Positions 10,008 to 23,161 of a DNA stretch of 64,000 nucleotides are shown here, in pieces. Both the position numbers and the translations under genes were made by a program. Each line of letters starts with the position of its first letter. Position 1 is the stretch's first letter. The notes below the pieces were generated by a model. That model was not told the DNA's origin. It searched no databases and worked only from the letters and a program-made list of their open reading frames with translations. The stretch comes from Trichosphaerium sp. ATCC 40318 (taxonomy: Eukaryota > Protista > Tubulinea): assembly GCA_038496445.1 (NCBI GenBank), contig JALMLS010000268.1:1-64000 (forward strand), in the 5' to 3' direction.

Positions 10008-12243
10008 TTATTGAGATGGGATTGCACAAACATTTTCAACTTTCTCGATAAACTTGATGTTCATAGTTTCGAGTTCATCCAAAATTGGATTGTACAATTC
10101 AGGAATTGTTGGGATTTGTAATCCAGTGAGCTTGATTTTACCTTCCAAAACAAGACGGACAGTAATAGCAACAGGCAAAGAAACCTAAAAAGGCAAAACT
10201 AATAAATATTTGGAAACAACGAAAACTAAGACATACAGTTCTGCTCATTGATGAGTCACCGTTCTTAATACCAAAGTCAATCAATTTGGAGGTAATGGTC
10301 TAAATTACAATTAACACTTGTGACAGCTGGTTCAAAACGTACATGGCGCTCGTTCTTTTCTGGATAATCAGCAGTGAAGGTATGCTTCATCAACAACATG
10401 TCACGTTCACCTTTGACAAATGTTAACAAATCACTGCTATTGGAATGACTGTACCTTCAGCATATCTCATTTTATCAATCATAATGTGACACAAAGCGTC
10501 CAAAATGGTGTCAATACCAGCAGGTATCTAAAGAAAAAGTAAGATCTTTGAAAAATCGAAGGTTCAGCAATCAAAGCTCCTCACCTTTTCGTCTTCGTAC
10601 AAACCCAACCATGTCATGGCATCCTTGATGCTCTTTTCAGTTTCCTATAAATCACTAAATACAACATTCTACTAATAATACAAATAATGATACGTACAGC
10701 ATCCTTTGGTTTTACGGTACTACCAGATACAAGTTTTGTAGTAAGTTTATTGTATGTGGTACCAGACAAATCAGTCTTATCCAAAGAGAGGTACCCTTTT
10801 ATGGTTTGTTAGTTTACAAATCAACAGTATGGAATGGTCTACTCTATCTTCGAGTTTCGAATTTACCTCCAACTACTATCTCGTGGCAAGTCAAGGTGTT
10901 ACTTGAAGAGAAAACCTCAACAATACAACACACAGGCCAGAGAACTCTCGCGGAGGATACAAACAAAGATTTTCGATTACAAAGTAAAACGTCGCAAAAT
11001 CACGTGACAAAACTGTAAAACTTACCGATATCAGCGAACCTCTTCACAACAGCGCACCACCCTATTGAATAAATCAATGGAGAGAAATATAAGAAGAATA
11101 GTACCTTTGTTACGGTAAGTACCACGAATCATGGTCTTGCAGTCTTTAAGGCCGTAGATGTCTATGTATTTAGTGCTGTCGCGGTTAGGGTATACCTCGT
11201 ATTCACCCATATCACCGACGGATTCAACAGAGTAGCTATCAAACAAGTCTCCACCTCCAATAGTACATTTCTTACCATCTCTATTTCAGAATTAACATAG
11301 ATTGATTGGTGTCGTTCGTACTTGAGGAAAGTAGCAGAGTTTCGGCTCGCCAAAAGTACACCGCGAGGTGCCCAAGAAAATTTGTATCCGAAAGGGTTGT
11401 TGTTGTCTTCTGGAGCTGGGAGACCGCCGCAGTAGCTGGTAAAGCCAGTAATCTTACCGCCCTCCTTTGTCACAGAGTTGATGACGCGCATGGCACTAGA
11501 AGAGTGAGACGCGAAATAGGCGCATAAATTATAAAACGCAAAAAGATGTCAAAAACTCAGTGGGATTTTATAATCATAAGTCATTGGAAACCTGTGTTAT
11601 TCTATCATCGCATTTTAGGGAAATTTGTGGAAAATACAGCTATAATGCGAATTTTCAAGCGAATATAACGTTATACTATAGTGCGGCTATGACGAACCTC
11701 ATGTGATCGGTACCAGGGTCTACGCCACATTCGTTAAGGAGAATAATGCCAGCATCTTTAGCTTGTTGTTCGAGCTCTTTCATAGCATCTGACACGTATG
11801 AAGTGGTGAAAAAATTGATTCTAAAAGAAGTTAGTACATATTAAAGTAGGAAAAAAGTTGTGACACGCGTCTAGCAGTTTTGTAGTTTGCGAACGCCAAT
11901 AACGTAGAAACGTACTTGAATTCAATGGCGACTTTAGCGACAGCGACATGGTGGATGTATGGCAATAAGGAGACAATAGCAGAAAATTTTGTCTAGGCAG
12001 TGTTAAACGTGATAACATTGCGCAGAAAGGTACCTCAGCTAGCAATTTAGCGAGTTTTTCCAAACCGTCTTTCTCTACGTCGATTTGTACTGCTTTAGTG
12101 TTCTTAATGCCTGCGATTAGTTTTTGAGCTTTTTCTAAGCCTCTAGAACCAACATAGACGCTATAGTCATTGTCGGACATATATTGTACGATTGGCTTTG
12201 TGACATAGCCAGCACCAAGAATGAGAACGTTTCCTTTGGACAT
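10008..12243 (-). CDS. LYS9: Saccharopine dehydrogenase (NADP+, L-glutamate-forming)
   Basis: VLILGAGYV Rossmann motif, NECGVDPGTDHM, SYCGGLPAPEDNNNPFGYKFSWAPRGVLLA, YPNRDS, IRGTYR, SSMSRTVSLPVAI, LYNPILDEL. Confidence 0.95.
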
Positions 12244-12410
12244 CTTACTTCGTATTAAGAAAAAATGGTAACTGGAAGAGAAAGCGTTTGATTTATTTAT
12301 TAATTTTATTTGGAACGTTTATGACAACACGCCACTCTACGAATAGTATGTGCACTACGCTATTCTGTTAAATATCTCAGTAGTGCAGGGTGTTTTTATT
12401 GTTTTTTCGC

Positions 12411-13133
12411 ATGACAACTATACAACTCAAAAGCGGTTGCGTTATTACAAGTTACGAGCAGTTCTTAACACAAAAAGAAGCCACGGAGCTGTTTAACGTG
12501 CTAGAAAAAAAACCGAGTTGTACAATAGACTGGAGGCAAAAGAAGGTTCATGTTGGCGATCGAGAGGTGACTGAACCACGATTTACGGCTTTCTTGGGAG
12601 AACGAGATGGCTTAGACTACAAATACAGTGACACTGTAAATACATCGCAAAAGTGGCCTGCTGCGGTTGAAGAGGTGAAAGATAAGATAGAAAAGGTGAC
12701 TGACCAATGTTTTAATGTGGTGTTGCTTAATTGGTACCAAAACGGGTCTCATCACGTTGGATGGCATGCTGACGCTGAAGAGGATCTTGTAGAAGGTGCT
12801 GTTATAGCTTCCCTCTCGTTAGGTGCAACGCGTACGTTTCAGCTGCGACACCTTGATGACAGCCAAAAGGGCGCGTTAAAAACTCAAGCGCATACTAAAA
12901 GAAGGAAAGGTATTGCCTTGACGCCGCAAGAGACCGAAGTGCTGGATTACGCTCCTGGTGAAGATCCTGAAATGAATCGATCAATGCTTGTTTGTCACGG
13001 AGATTTGTTGATTATGGGTAATACTTTGCAGCGTTACTGGAGGCACCGTGTTCCTCGTGAAAAAGGTGATGTTGGTCCACGCATTTGTATGACTTTTAGG
13101 CTTGTCAAACAATCAAGTATAGATAGTAAGTAG
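12411..13133 (+). CDS. AlkB-family Fe(II)/2OG dioxygenase (ALKBH2/3-like), intronless
   Basis: FNVVLLNWY, WHAD (HxD), IASLSLGATRTF, WRHRVP, RICMTFR; first ATG at 12411. Confidence 0.92.
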   Translation: MTTIQLKSGCVITSYEQFLTQKEATELFNVLEKKPSCTIDWRQKKVHVGDREVTEPRFTAFLGERDGLDYKYSDTVNTSQKWPAAVEEVKDKIEKVTDQCFNVVLLNWYQNGSHHVGWHADAEEDLVEGAVIASLSLGATRTFQLRHLDDSQKGALKTQAHTKRRKGIALTPQETEVLDYAPGEDPEMNRSMLVCHGDLLIMGNTLQRYWRHRVPREKGDVGPRICMTFRLVKQSSIDSK

Positions 13134-13352
13134 CGTAAATAAATTATTAAAGTGTGTAAAATCAGAATTTTCTTCCCGGCCGCGTTGTGGTTTACTGGTT
13201 TGAAGTACATGGGATTTAAATATATACATACCTTTTGGGGAGTTTTTTTTTTTTTTTGTTTTGTAGGTGTAAAGGTGGCAAGAGGGGTGTTGGTGTGCTT
13301 GTTGTGGTGGTGGTGGTGGGGAGGGGTAAAACGATTAAAAAAAAAAAATGTG

Positions 13353-13389
13353 CCCGGAGCACATCCACGGCAAGGACATGCGATACCCC
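13353..13389 (-). pseudogene. Partial tRNA-Gly copy in the right arm
   Basis: Reverse complement of 4001-4037. Confidence 0.85.
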
Positions 13390-13605
13390 CGCTCGAAAAA
13401 TCACAGAAATCACAGAAATTTGAGTTTTTTTGAAAAAATGTAAAAAATATGGGGAGTGCTTCACACAAGTGTCACGCCATTACAAAATCATGCAACGCCA
13501 AATTAAAGGTTTGTGCATGTAGGCTATGGTCATGGGCACACTGTAGAGGCAAAATAATATTTGTAGCATGTTGTGTGTGGCATGTGCAATTGCAAAAAGT
13601 TGAGT

Positions 13606-13676
13606 TGCACCGGCCGGGATTTGAACCCGGGTCACATCCATGGCAAGGACATATGATACCCCTACACCACCGGCGC
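13606..13676 (-). tRNA. tRNA-Gly(GCC), second copy
   Basis: Exact reverse complement of 3714-3784. Confidence 0.95.
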
Positions 13677-14374
13677 TGTTATATATTTGTACATATTTCA
13701 CTTGTATCATCCTATAACGTCTGTATAGCGCAAATCAGCTTCTTTTTGGAACTTTTTTTCAGTTTTCGTCACTTTTGAAATTTTTCCATTTTTTCATTTC
13801 TTTTTATTTTTTTTGTACATCATTTGTGTAACAACCACCCCTTTGCCTTTTGTCATTATTCCACCCCCTTTTTTTTTTGAGACAAACACCTCAACGCAAT
13901 GTTTTTAAAGTACTTTTTTTTTTTTCTTGTTTTTTGTTTTTGAACCCCTCCCCCACATGCTCGCTCTACAACCAGTTTCAAAAAACAAATAAAAAAAGCA
14001 TGGTTGCCCACCACCTCTCTGACAACCAAGTGTGGTTTTTTGGAACACTTGATTGAACGAAAAAAAAAACAAACAACAAAACCAACCCCACCATCACCAC
14101 CTCCTCTGACACCACCACCAACGAGCTTGTTGTGCAAAACGATAAAAAAACGCCCTTGTAAAGACAAACTTTGCACAATGTTCCACACCCAAACAACACA
14201 GACAACGGCACAAGATTATGAGGAAAGCCAGCAAAAAACAACACAGTGCGCACCACACGTGGTTTGTAACACATGTCATAGTCTTGTGCCGTTAAACTAG
14301 CTGTGTTGGTTTGGTATGAGTGAGCCTTTCACCGTGACCTGTATTGACAACAATTGTAACGGCAAACCTCAACG

Positions 14375-15486
14375 ATGGCACCACACATACCACGAGTTGT
14401 AATATACGCTACGTTGATGGCGTGCGTATTTATTGGTTCCATTTCTTGCGATGGTAGGTAATATTTCCTCAGCACTAACTAATGTGCGCCGCGATAGTAT
14501 TCTACGAGAGCGATTGGGCATTAGACTTCCCTGAGGTAAATTCATCATGTAGCGCATTTGAGAATTGTTCCTCGTGTGTTAAAGCTAAGAACTGTGGATT
14601 CTGTAATGATAAGTACGCAATTGCGTTGGTAGAACAACTTTTCGAAATGTCAAATACGATTTCGCTTTCTTTGTCCTAATACGCGTTGATATTTACAAAT
14701 ATAACCATAGGTTATATTGCAACGCGCCTTGTATTAATTATTTACCAGATACGCTTTATCTAATTTATTTTAGGTTTTTATGCGTGCCAACTACTCCTGA
14801 CGGTAAACAACCATTGAACATGACGTGTGAAAGATGGATGGTAACAGAAAAAGAATGCACGGAAGGCACGTTTAGTTTAATAGTCTCGCACGCCCGCAAA
14901 ATAACTTGCAAGCGTTATACCAGTATTTAAGGGGCAGTACATATTTTTTTTTATTTCTGTCGCTTACAAATCAGTAAAGGTGTTTGTACTACCACTGCAG
15001 GATGTAAAGTATGCTCTCAAAGGCCTTATTGCGTATGGTGTGAAAAACAAAAGTTGTGCGCTTCTGGTGGTGTATTTGGACCTTACAAGAGTCATCCTAC
15101 GTGTAACGATTGGCGTTGGATGCGTTGTAGTGGATGTATGTTCGCCTAAAAGGCTTAAATACACTTCTTTTTGATATCGAGCAAAATGAGCATGATTTAA
15201 CCTTGTTTCTCTTAGTACATGGACCAGAGACACTTTACATCATTGGATCAATGCTTGCCATAGTACTCATAGCAATATGCGTAGCAATTTTCCTCATTAA
15301 ACGCCGGTATGATAATAATAAAAAATTCTTCAGAAAAAAAAAAACCAAACAAACCACTGACGTTTCTTAATTAGGAACAGACGACGTGCTATACGCACAA
15401 GAGAATTGACTATTGATGCCGACTTTAGTGCGACATTCAGTGGGACGGATGGTGGAGTACTAGCAACTACACCATTCATAAACTGA
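14375..15486 (+). CDS. Single-pass membrane protein with two PSI-like Cys-rich domains (PTTG1IP-like)
   Basis: Signal peptide; CSAFENCSSCVKAKNCGFC and CKVCSQRPYCVWCEKQKLC...DWRWMRC; TM IIGSMLAIVLIAICVAIFLI followed by KRR. Confidence 0.75.
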
Positions 15487-15786
15487 CGGCGCAGCAAATA
15501 ATTTTAATCAAAAAAAAGAAGAAACCATTTTTCACCCTGCCTCTTCTTTTTAACCGTGACACTAATGAGACTAAACCAACCAAAGATTGTGTTACACAAC
15601 ACTTGTAAATTATAGAATAAAAGTCCTTTGACAGGAAAAAAGCTCAAGCTTCAAAAGACAAAACAAGACCAGCTCCGAATGTCAGTCTTGACATTTCTCA
15701 AACTTTTGAGCATCAAAAGCGATACAAAATAAAAGGTGGAAGTGTTAGGTATCTATTAGACTTAATTTTGTCACGGGTCGAATTTC

Positions 15787-18097
15787 ATGATGATATTTCG
15801 CGTACTCACACTCTGGTGTTGCGTCACTTCATCTCTATTTGCAATATTAGCGCGTACTCGTATGGCAAAAAACAAAAAAAAACAACTTCCCTGAACTAGG
15901 TTTCTAATGCGTATATAAAGCTAGTAATCAGTGTAATTCTAATAACCAAGACGGAGAAGTAATAGAGGTCCCTTTAAGGTACGAAAATGACTATCCACGT
16001 GATACCAAAAGGCAAAAACGTGATAATAAGACCTTGTTGTTTTTTACACTTATTTTTAAAGGGCGTTGGTATACTCGCCATCCACAATAGGATTGGATCC
16101 AGGTAGCCTCAAGGGTTTTTTATGTTAAACAGTCATTTTTGTTAACTTGATATCCTTTAGACGGCAACAAAGTAGATCTTTATAGTAACTACTTTGCACC
16201 TCTTCACGAAGTGCGCTTTGGCTGTTTTGTTAAATAACTACAAAGATTGAGCGTTAACTTCTTTTCTTAGCGAGATATAGAGCTTATTGCTGCTACTGGT
16301 GCTAATGCCGTATGGGCTACTTCTAACTGGGTCCCTGGAGGTGATCATTCAAGTTTTTTAAACACGCTAAAGAAGCACAATATTAAGCTTATAACAAGCT
16401 TTGCGTTCCCAAGTTTAGCAGTGATAGAAAAAGCAGATGTTAGTTTTCATTTTATCATTTTTATCACGTGATGTGAACCTGTTTTTTAGAATGTTGTAGA
16501 AACAAAGCTAATTTGTTTTATTACAGACGAGAGATTTGGTTAGGAAACAATTTAGAAAATTGTTAAAAGAGTTTGACGCTACTGATACACCACTTGAGAT
16601 GTACACAATAGAGGCTCCTCCTGCTAAAGGATTCTCTACCGATACCTTGTGTACGAAATTACAATTATAAGCTCTTTGTTTAGTGTAAAAATGACGCGAT
16701 TCTTCAAATTTTTACTTATCAATGTAGCGTCATATTACTCTTTGGCTCAAGATATGAAAACTGAGATTATTCATGCCAAACAAGACTATCCTTTGGGACT
16801 TGGGTTACCTTATGACCAGCAACAGATGCCTGATATGAAAATAGAGCACTACGATGACGTAAGTATCGAAACTACGTCCTATTTGTGTTATTAACTTTTG
16901 CTTTGGTTTTAGTTGCAGCATGATTTTTGGACAATTAACTTTTTTCATACGAATATTACAGCTCTAGAAGATTTCTATATAAGTGATAAACCTATTATGC
17001 TTACCGTTGGAGCAGATAATTGGAATGTTCAAACCGTACGAGACTCCAAAAAAGCAGTTGAAAAATCAACTAAAAAAACTTTGATAGCAAACAACAGATG
17101 ATGAGCAACAAACAATACTACTCAAACAAATGATGGATTCTCTTTGTGATGTATTAACTTATTGGAGTGATTTACCTACTGGTCAACGGTTTCTTCATGC
17201 GTTAGCATTTCATGAAGTAATTTACTTGAAACATTATCTAATATCCAGAAAATCTTCATTCATTATTTTTTTTTAGTTCTCAGATGAATGGTGGCGTGGT
17301 AAACTTGCGACAAATGGATATGATCCTGAAGGATGTCCAAATAATGATCCGTACGTGTTTTTTTGCTTCAAGTTTATAACACAAGCACTGAAAGTACTCT
17401 TACTTTTCCTTTTACGCTCTTGTTGTTATAACATTTTATTATTAATACTGTTGTTACAGATACGCACATACGTCATGTGGGGTACTTACTGATCTTAACA
17501 ATATAAGTGCGCACAATTATACAAAAGATTTGGCCGTATTGGAGTACATGGGCTTGTTTCAGATATGGTATGTACTTTTGCTGGATTACCTAAATTTAAA
17601 GTTGTGTTTTCTTAAAGTATTTTATAGGGATGAACCGTATCACTATTGTCAACAAGCCAAGGATTCTGCATTATTTATAGCATCCCTATGGAATTGCTCT
17701 CATGATCCAGGTCGTAATTTTACACTCAGGATACACAAAGTCTGTGCAGAAGGTGAGAACTTAATTCAATGTGTTTTCTATCTATTGACGTCTTTACCCC
17801 TCTTTCGCTTATTAATGTTTCAGGTTCACTATTCTTGGGCGTATACCCCATAGCGGGTATTTTCGGTATAATCTAGTTCTATTTCCTTTTTTTCTTCCTG
17901 AGGTTGACGTTTCTTACTTTTTTCTGATAGCATCTTTTTTGGTTCTTGTGCTACTGTCTATAATGCTTCCAAACCCATGTACACGCTATTCAATATAGTT
18001 TATGTATTTATTGTTTGTTATAGGGTGTTGTACAGGTGGACATGACTATTCATTACTGCCTCAAGTACTTAATCAAAATCAAGACGCTGTTAATTGA
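15787..18097 (+). CDS. Membrane-anchored GH-A clan (GH2-like) TIM-barrel protein, possibly inactive
   Basis: Spliced segments ALVYSPSTIG, RDIELIAATGANAV...DHSSFLN, KPIMLTVGADNWN, FHEFSDEWWRG, EYMGLF; signal peptide and C-terminal TM. Confidence 0.6.
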
Positions 18098-19288
18098 TGC
18101 GTTTTGTTTTCTACTTCTCAAAAAAAAAAAAAATGTACAGCAAAGAAAAACAAAAATTGTTACACTTACGAGTTTGTTTTCTTGTTTTTACCTTTTTTTA
18201 TAAAGCGCACATATAAATATTGTACGCCATTATCTTTTGCCTGGAAAGTGACGGAGAATCAAATTGGCAAGCAAGAAATACGATGTTTTTATTGCTGTGT
18301 GTCTCTGTCTATTGGTCGGATTTTCTCTGATCTGTTGACACGCTATACATTACGGTTGTAATTATATATTCCGTTAGTTTCGGGAGCATGTGAGTTTCAC
18401 GTTTTTCATTTATGATTTTGAGAAGAAAATCAGTTCCTGTCGCGCAAATAGTTTAGACACATAACCTTAACAATCCTAGTAAACCATATATATCAGCAAT
18501 AAGGTATTGAGTTATTTATTTTAAGAAAAGGTGTAGCTAATTCTCAATAAGCCCTTCAAGTTACCCATTGACGTACCAAAACAGTGTAGTTAAGTAGATT
18601 GAACAGCTGTATTAATAGCGAGTTGAAAAGGCTATATTGTGACGTTTCATAAGATTTTGTAAAATATCCTTTGTTGGAAAAATTGGCACGTTTGCCACGT
18701 GTGCGCAACAGTCAACACTTCTCAAACAAACATTGCGATGTCAGATACTGCACTACGGTGTTTAGTTGCTTCGTTTGGCACTGCTGTAAGAAGAAATCAT
18801 ACAGGCACCTATGGTTGCCACTATCAACGCTGTGGTATCACAAAATAGCTCAAGAAGGTAAGCGCCTACTATTACCACGGCTTTTACTAACTCACTGGTT
18901 TTGAGAAAACCAAGAAACTGTTTAGATCATCTGTACAGTACTATTGCAAGCTAGCCACCACGCCATTAAAACGTACGCGCGCTCACAAACCATTAATCGT
19001 TCAACGAGGTCGTCACAAAGTCGGCCTCCAAAAAGTCACCAGTGCCTTACTAGCAAAATGAAAGCGTTTACTACTTGTTTATTGTTTATTCGTATCAACC
19101 ATGGTTTCATGCGTATTAACTTCCAAGTTAGCATACTTCATTCCTAATTTTGGTAATCTCTTGCTTAGAAGCAAGCCAGTTAACTTCTCTGGAAAAACAA
19201 AGGATCAAGTTCGTAACATCAGAGGATTTCGTGCAGCCGGAAGTCAAAAGAATTCAGATTATCAGGTACTAATTATTAATAGAACAAT

Positions 19289-21244
19289 ATGCACAACAGC
19301 TACCTGTTTATAATACTTTTAAGCGCCTCCATAGCGTTCGGCACGTTTTCGTCCAACCATAACCCTACTTTTGGAAGAGGAACTAAACCCCACATCGTTT
19401 ACCTCTTAGCAGATGTACACGTGATTTTTTTAACAATAACTAAGCGTTACGTAGGATTTGGGCTGGAACAACGTTGGTTGGAGAAACCCAGACATGATAA
19501 CGCCAGTTCTAGATGACATGAAGCACAATGGTATTGAACTAGACCGTCACTACACAGCGCTTGTAAGAATCTAATGGAGTGTTTTGGGTTTTAATTAACT
19601 TGAAAAGGTTTGTGGTCCTACGCGCTCTTCTTTGATGACTGGACGTGTCCCTATACATGTAAGAGAGGTAAATAATAACGTTGCTATACAAGATATTGGA
19701 CCAGAGCTAGAGATGACATTCTTATCCGAAAAAATGCAAGAAGCAGGCTATGAAACGCATTATTATGGTATCTCATTCTATTTTGTGAATTTACACTATT
19801 TTTTGAAAAGCTTTTCTAAAAATACTTTCACAGGCAAATGGCATCTTGGTATGGGTACACCCGAATATCTCCCAATAAATAGAGGATTTAATAAGTCATT
19901 GTTCTTTTTCTCTGGAGCAACAGACTATAACACCCAAGCACGTGATAACAGGGTTTGCGCTGGCGAATTATTTGTAGATCTATGGGAGGTACGTACCGTA
20001 GTTTTGAAGACTTTTTATGGATCACGTGATCACACAGAAATTACAAATGGGTAAAAACTTCTTAGGACGATAACTTTTCCACTAAAAATGGGACGTACAT
20101 GGGATTCACGTTCAACGACGCGGCTGTAGACGCAATTGAAAACCATGACGTTAACAAACCTATGTTCCTTTTCGTGAGCTTCCCTCACCCCCACTGTACG
20201 TAATTACTTATTTTCAAACGCGTTGTGTGCTTTTTCAGAAAATCTCCTTTTGTTAACTTCATGGAGTTCTTATTTTATGTAGCGCCACTGCAAGTCCCTC
20301 AAGAATATGTCGATCGCTATGCTGATAACTTGCCTGTGAATATAAACAGACAATTATATCAAGCTATGGTCACGTTTATGGATGAATCAATTGGTAATAT
20401 AACACAGGCGTTAAAAGACAAAGGAATGTACGATGATACTCTTATAGTCTTTTCTTCTGATAATGGAGGGTACGTTCGACTTTGTGTTACCCTTTCAACC
20501 CAACTCTTACATTCTTTTAGACCTACTCCATTCAGAGGTCTAGAAAGCTTTACTAACGGTGGAGCCAGTAACTTCCCTCTTAAAGGCGGTAAACAGTCAG
20601 ACTGGGAAGGTGGTATCCGTACCGTTGGCCTTGTTGGCGGTGGTATCATTCCAAACAAAATGCGTGGAACAGTGCAAAAGGGATACGTTCACGTGGCTGA
20701 TTGGTATTCAACATTTTGCTTTCTTGCTGGCGTAGACCCAGAAGATACAAGAGCTGCTCTTGTGGGATTACCACCGATAGACTCGAAGAACATGTGGGGT
20801 CTATTTTCAGGACAACAGAGGTTTTCCTACCGGATAGAAATTCCAATATCCTCCAACCCTACTTTCAGAGGCTGGTTAGAAGAACCAACAGGTTTTATCA
20901 ACTTTATACGTGGTCCCTACAAGTTCCTTGTGGGAGAGGGAATCCCATTCGCTGGCCATACTGGCCCAGTGTACCCTAACGCAACAGAAGTATACTTGAC
21001 TCAGACAATGGTGCAAGATTGTCCAAACGGTTGTTTATACAATATCTGGACTGACCCTGAGGAAAGGTTTGACTTGGCACCAACACGTCCATTTCTACTG
21101 CACCTTATGAAGTGGCGATCTCGAACACTTGAAGCTGGTGCTTTTAGAAGAACATATTTAGACCCAGCAGTAGAAGCATGCGATGCAGCAAGAGATAGAG
21201 GAGGATGGTGGGGACCTTTTGATTTGACTTCAACTGCACCTTGA
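19289..21244 (+). CDS. Secreted/lysosomal arylsulfatase (ARSB/I/J-like)
   Basis: KPHIVYLLAD|DLGW, CGPTRSSLMTGR (CxPxR), GKWHLG, FSSDNGG, NFPLKGGK..WEGGIR, HVADWY. Confidence 0.95.
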
Positions 21245-21609
21245 GTATTGAAGAGCCTATGTATCAAAGTCACGTGACGCTTTTGTTTGTTTGTAGTAAT
21301 AAAACCAATGTTTGTTGTAGAAGGATCCATTTATTTTGGAAACAAGGTAAGAAGTACCTTGCGACAAACAATCACACAAGCCTTTTACATTAGTCTCAAG
21401 AGTTAGAGGTGTTAGCGAACGGTCCTGTTAACAATAGCAGTTTCGTCTATGTCAAAAAATCCTGTTTGTTAGCAAGAGCGTTTCACAAACTTTTTAACCT
21501 CTTTTGGCATTACCGTATGTACAATCTTTCAACTTTAGCACAAGCTAAAAATGTCAGTACCCGTTCTAATTAAGACAATAAATTGCTTTTTACTTTTTAC
21601 ATGTGGTTC

Positions 21610-22613
21610 TTATTCATTGGACTTTCGACTAAAAGCCTCTTTGTAAACAGCTTGGATTTTGCCGTGTGAGAACGTGTAGTGTGCCATTAATTCACCATCC
21701 CAAGTCCACAACTTGTACTCTCCTTCTACTATACCATTGACATAATGACTATGTTGTTTTAATACCCCATCTTTATACCATGTCTTATATTCTCCATTCT
21801 TCTTGCCATGTACACAAGTATACAATTCCTTTAATGTACCATTATTATGCCATACTTTTACTTCTCCGTGTTGTTTCCCATTAACATATGTACATTGCAG
21901 TGCCATATTGCCATTTGTATACCACTCCTTGTACTCTCCGTCAAGCTTACCATTAGTATAATTATACAACTTTGAAAGGCGGTTTGTGAGATACTTATGT
22001 TTGAATTCTCCATCAAGTTTACCATTTGAGTAATTACTCTTACAATACAAAAATCCCTTCTTTGTCCACTTCTTAAACTCCCCTTCAAGTTTACCATTCA
22101 TATAATTACATTGTTTGTACATTTGACCATTGTCATACCATTCATTATACTCTCCATCAAGAACATCGTTGACATAGGTTGATTGAATGGCCATTTGACC
22201 ATTTGGATACCAATTTTTGTACAATCCTTCAAGTTTACCATTGACATATGTACACTCGTTGACTATGTTACCATTTCGATGCCACTTTTTGTGATATCCT
22301 TCTGTTTTACCATTGACATAGCTACATTGCTCAAACAATTGGCCTGTAGGTTTCTTTTTCAACCATTTGCCATGCTTTTTAATGTCGCCATCAAACCTTG
22401 TTGAAGTTGCTGTGTATTTTGATAAAAGAGGTAGCTTTAAATACATTTCATGATCTAAATCGGCGATATCAAGAAGTAGCTCAACCGGAAGGGACAACAA
22501 GTGGCAAGGCTTTGTAAGTTAGTATTAGTTTACTAAATGTACGATTTAGTACTTACAGCGTGTTTAGGGTTAAAAAATTGGTTTAAAAAGCTAAATAGAG
22601 AAGCTTGTGACAT
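21610..22613 (-). CDS. F-box-like + MORN-variant (YwqK-like) repeat protein, copy A
   Basis: Exon 1 22613-22557 (MSQASLFSFLNQFFNPKHA), 47-nt intron, then LLSLPVELLLDI and about ten 24-aa NGKL.GEYK.WY.NG repeats. Confidence 0.88.
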
Positions 22614-22749
22614 TGTTTCGATGTTTGTGTTTTTGTGATAACAACAATAATAACTGTTTTTCAAAGAAAATGTCTATTCAAGTAAAAATACTGACGTTAT
22701 GAGGCAGAAATAGAGCCTTACTATTGTCATCGAGTTGAGAAAATCTAAT

Positions 22750-22830
22750 ATTTCACAGCTTGAAATTATCGATCTAGACCACGAAGTGTACATATCATGG
22801 CAGGATTTATTCGCTATCAACAAAGAAAAC
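22750..22830 (+). pseudogene. Remnant of the F-box/MORN gene family N-terminus
   Basis: QLEIIDLDHEVYISW resembles LLDIADLDHEMYLK (copies A/B) and QLDIIDIDFEAFIIW (copy C); no repeats follow. Confidence 0.5.
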
Positions 22831-23161
22831 AAGGGCTTTGAAGACTTTTCTCAAACAAGACATTGTCTGGATGTATGCAACGACAATACTTTGGTACAAT
22901 GCATATCTATTTGGCTTTCAAGTATTTCTGGCTACTGACTTGTACGTACAGAGTTTTATGCAGGGACTACAGAACAAAAGGTATAGAGGGGAGGTTGAAG
23001 GTGTTAGGAAATCATCTTATGCTTGAACAACACAGTAAATAATTATTTACAATATAGTTTTATTAAGCATAAGTTTTATGCTACCTTTCTTTGTATTTTC
23101 TTTGTTTTGTGTTTGTATATCCAAATGGGTTTTTCGTTATAGTTTTTAAATACATTATTAT

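Larger units (their letters stand above)
13159..14148 (-). repeat. ~1-kb tRNA-Gly-containing repeat unit, right arm of the inverted repeat
   Basis: Reverse complement of 3245-4227. Confidence 0.97.

Noticed and set aside
3245-14148. Autonomous DNA transposon or Polinton/Maverick with terminal inverted repeats
   Set aside because: No transposase, integrase, pPolB or capsid inside; the enclosed genes are ordinary host-type genes; no target-site duplication found at the outer ends.
18671-19313. Short plus-strand ORFs upstream of the sulfatase
   Set aside because: No recognisable motif, and no consistent spliced model could be built.
21700-22350. 72-bp periodicity resembling a CRISPR or other non-coding array (also 29050-29680)
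   Set aside because: Fully explained by in-frame 24-aa MORN-variant protein repeats.
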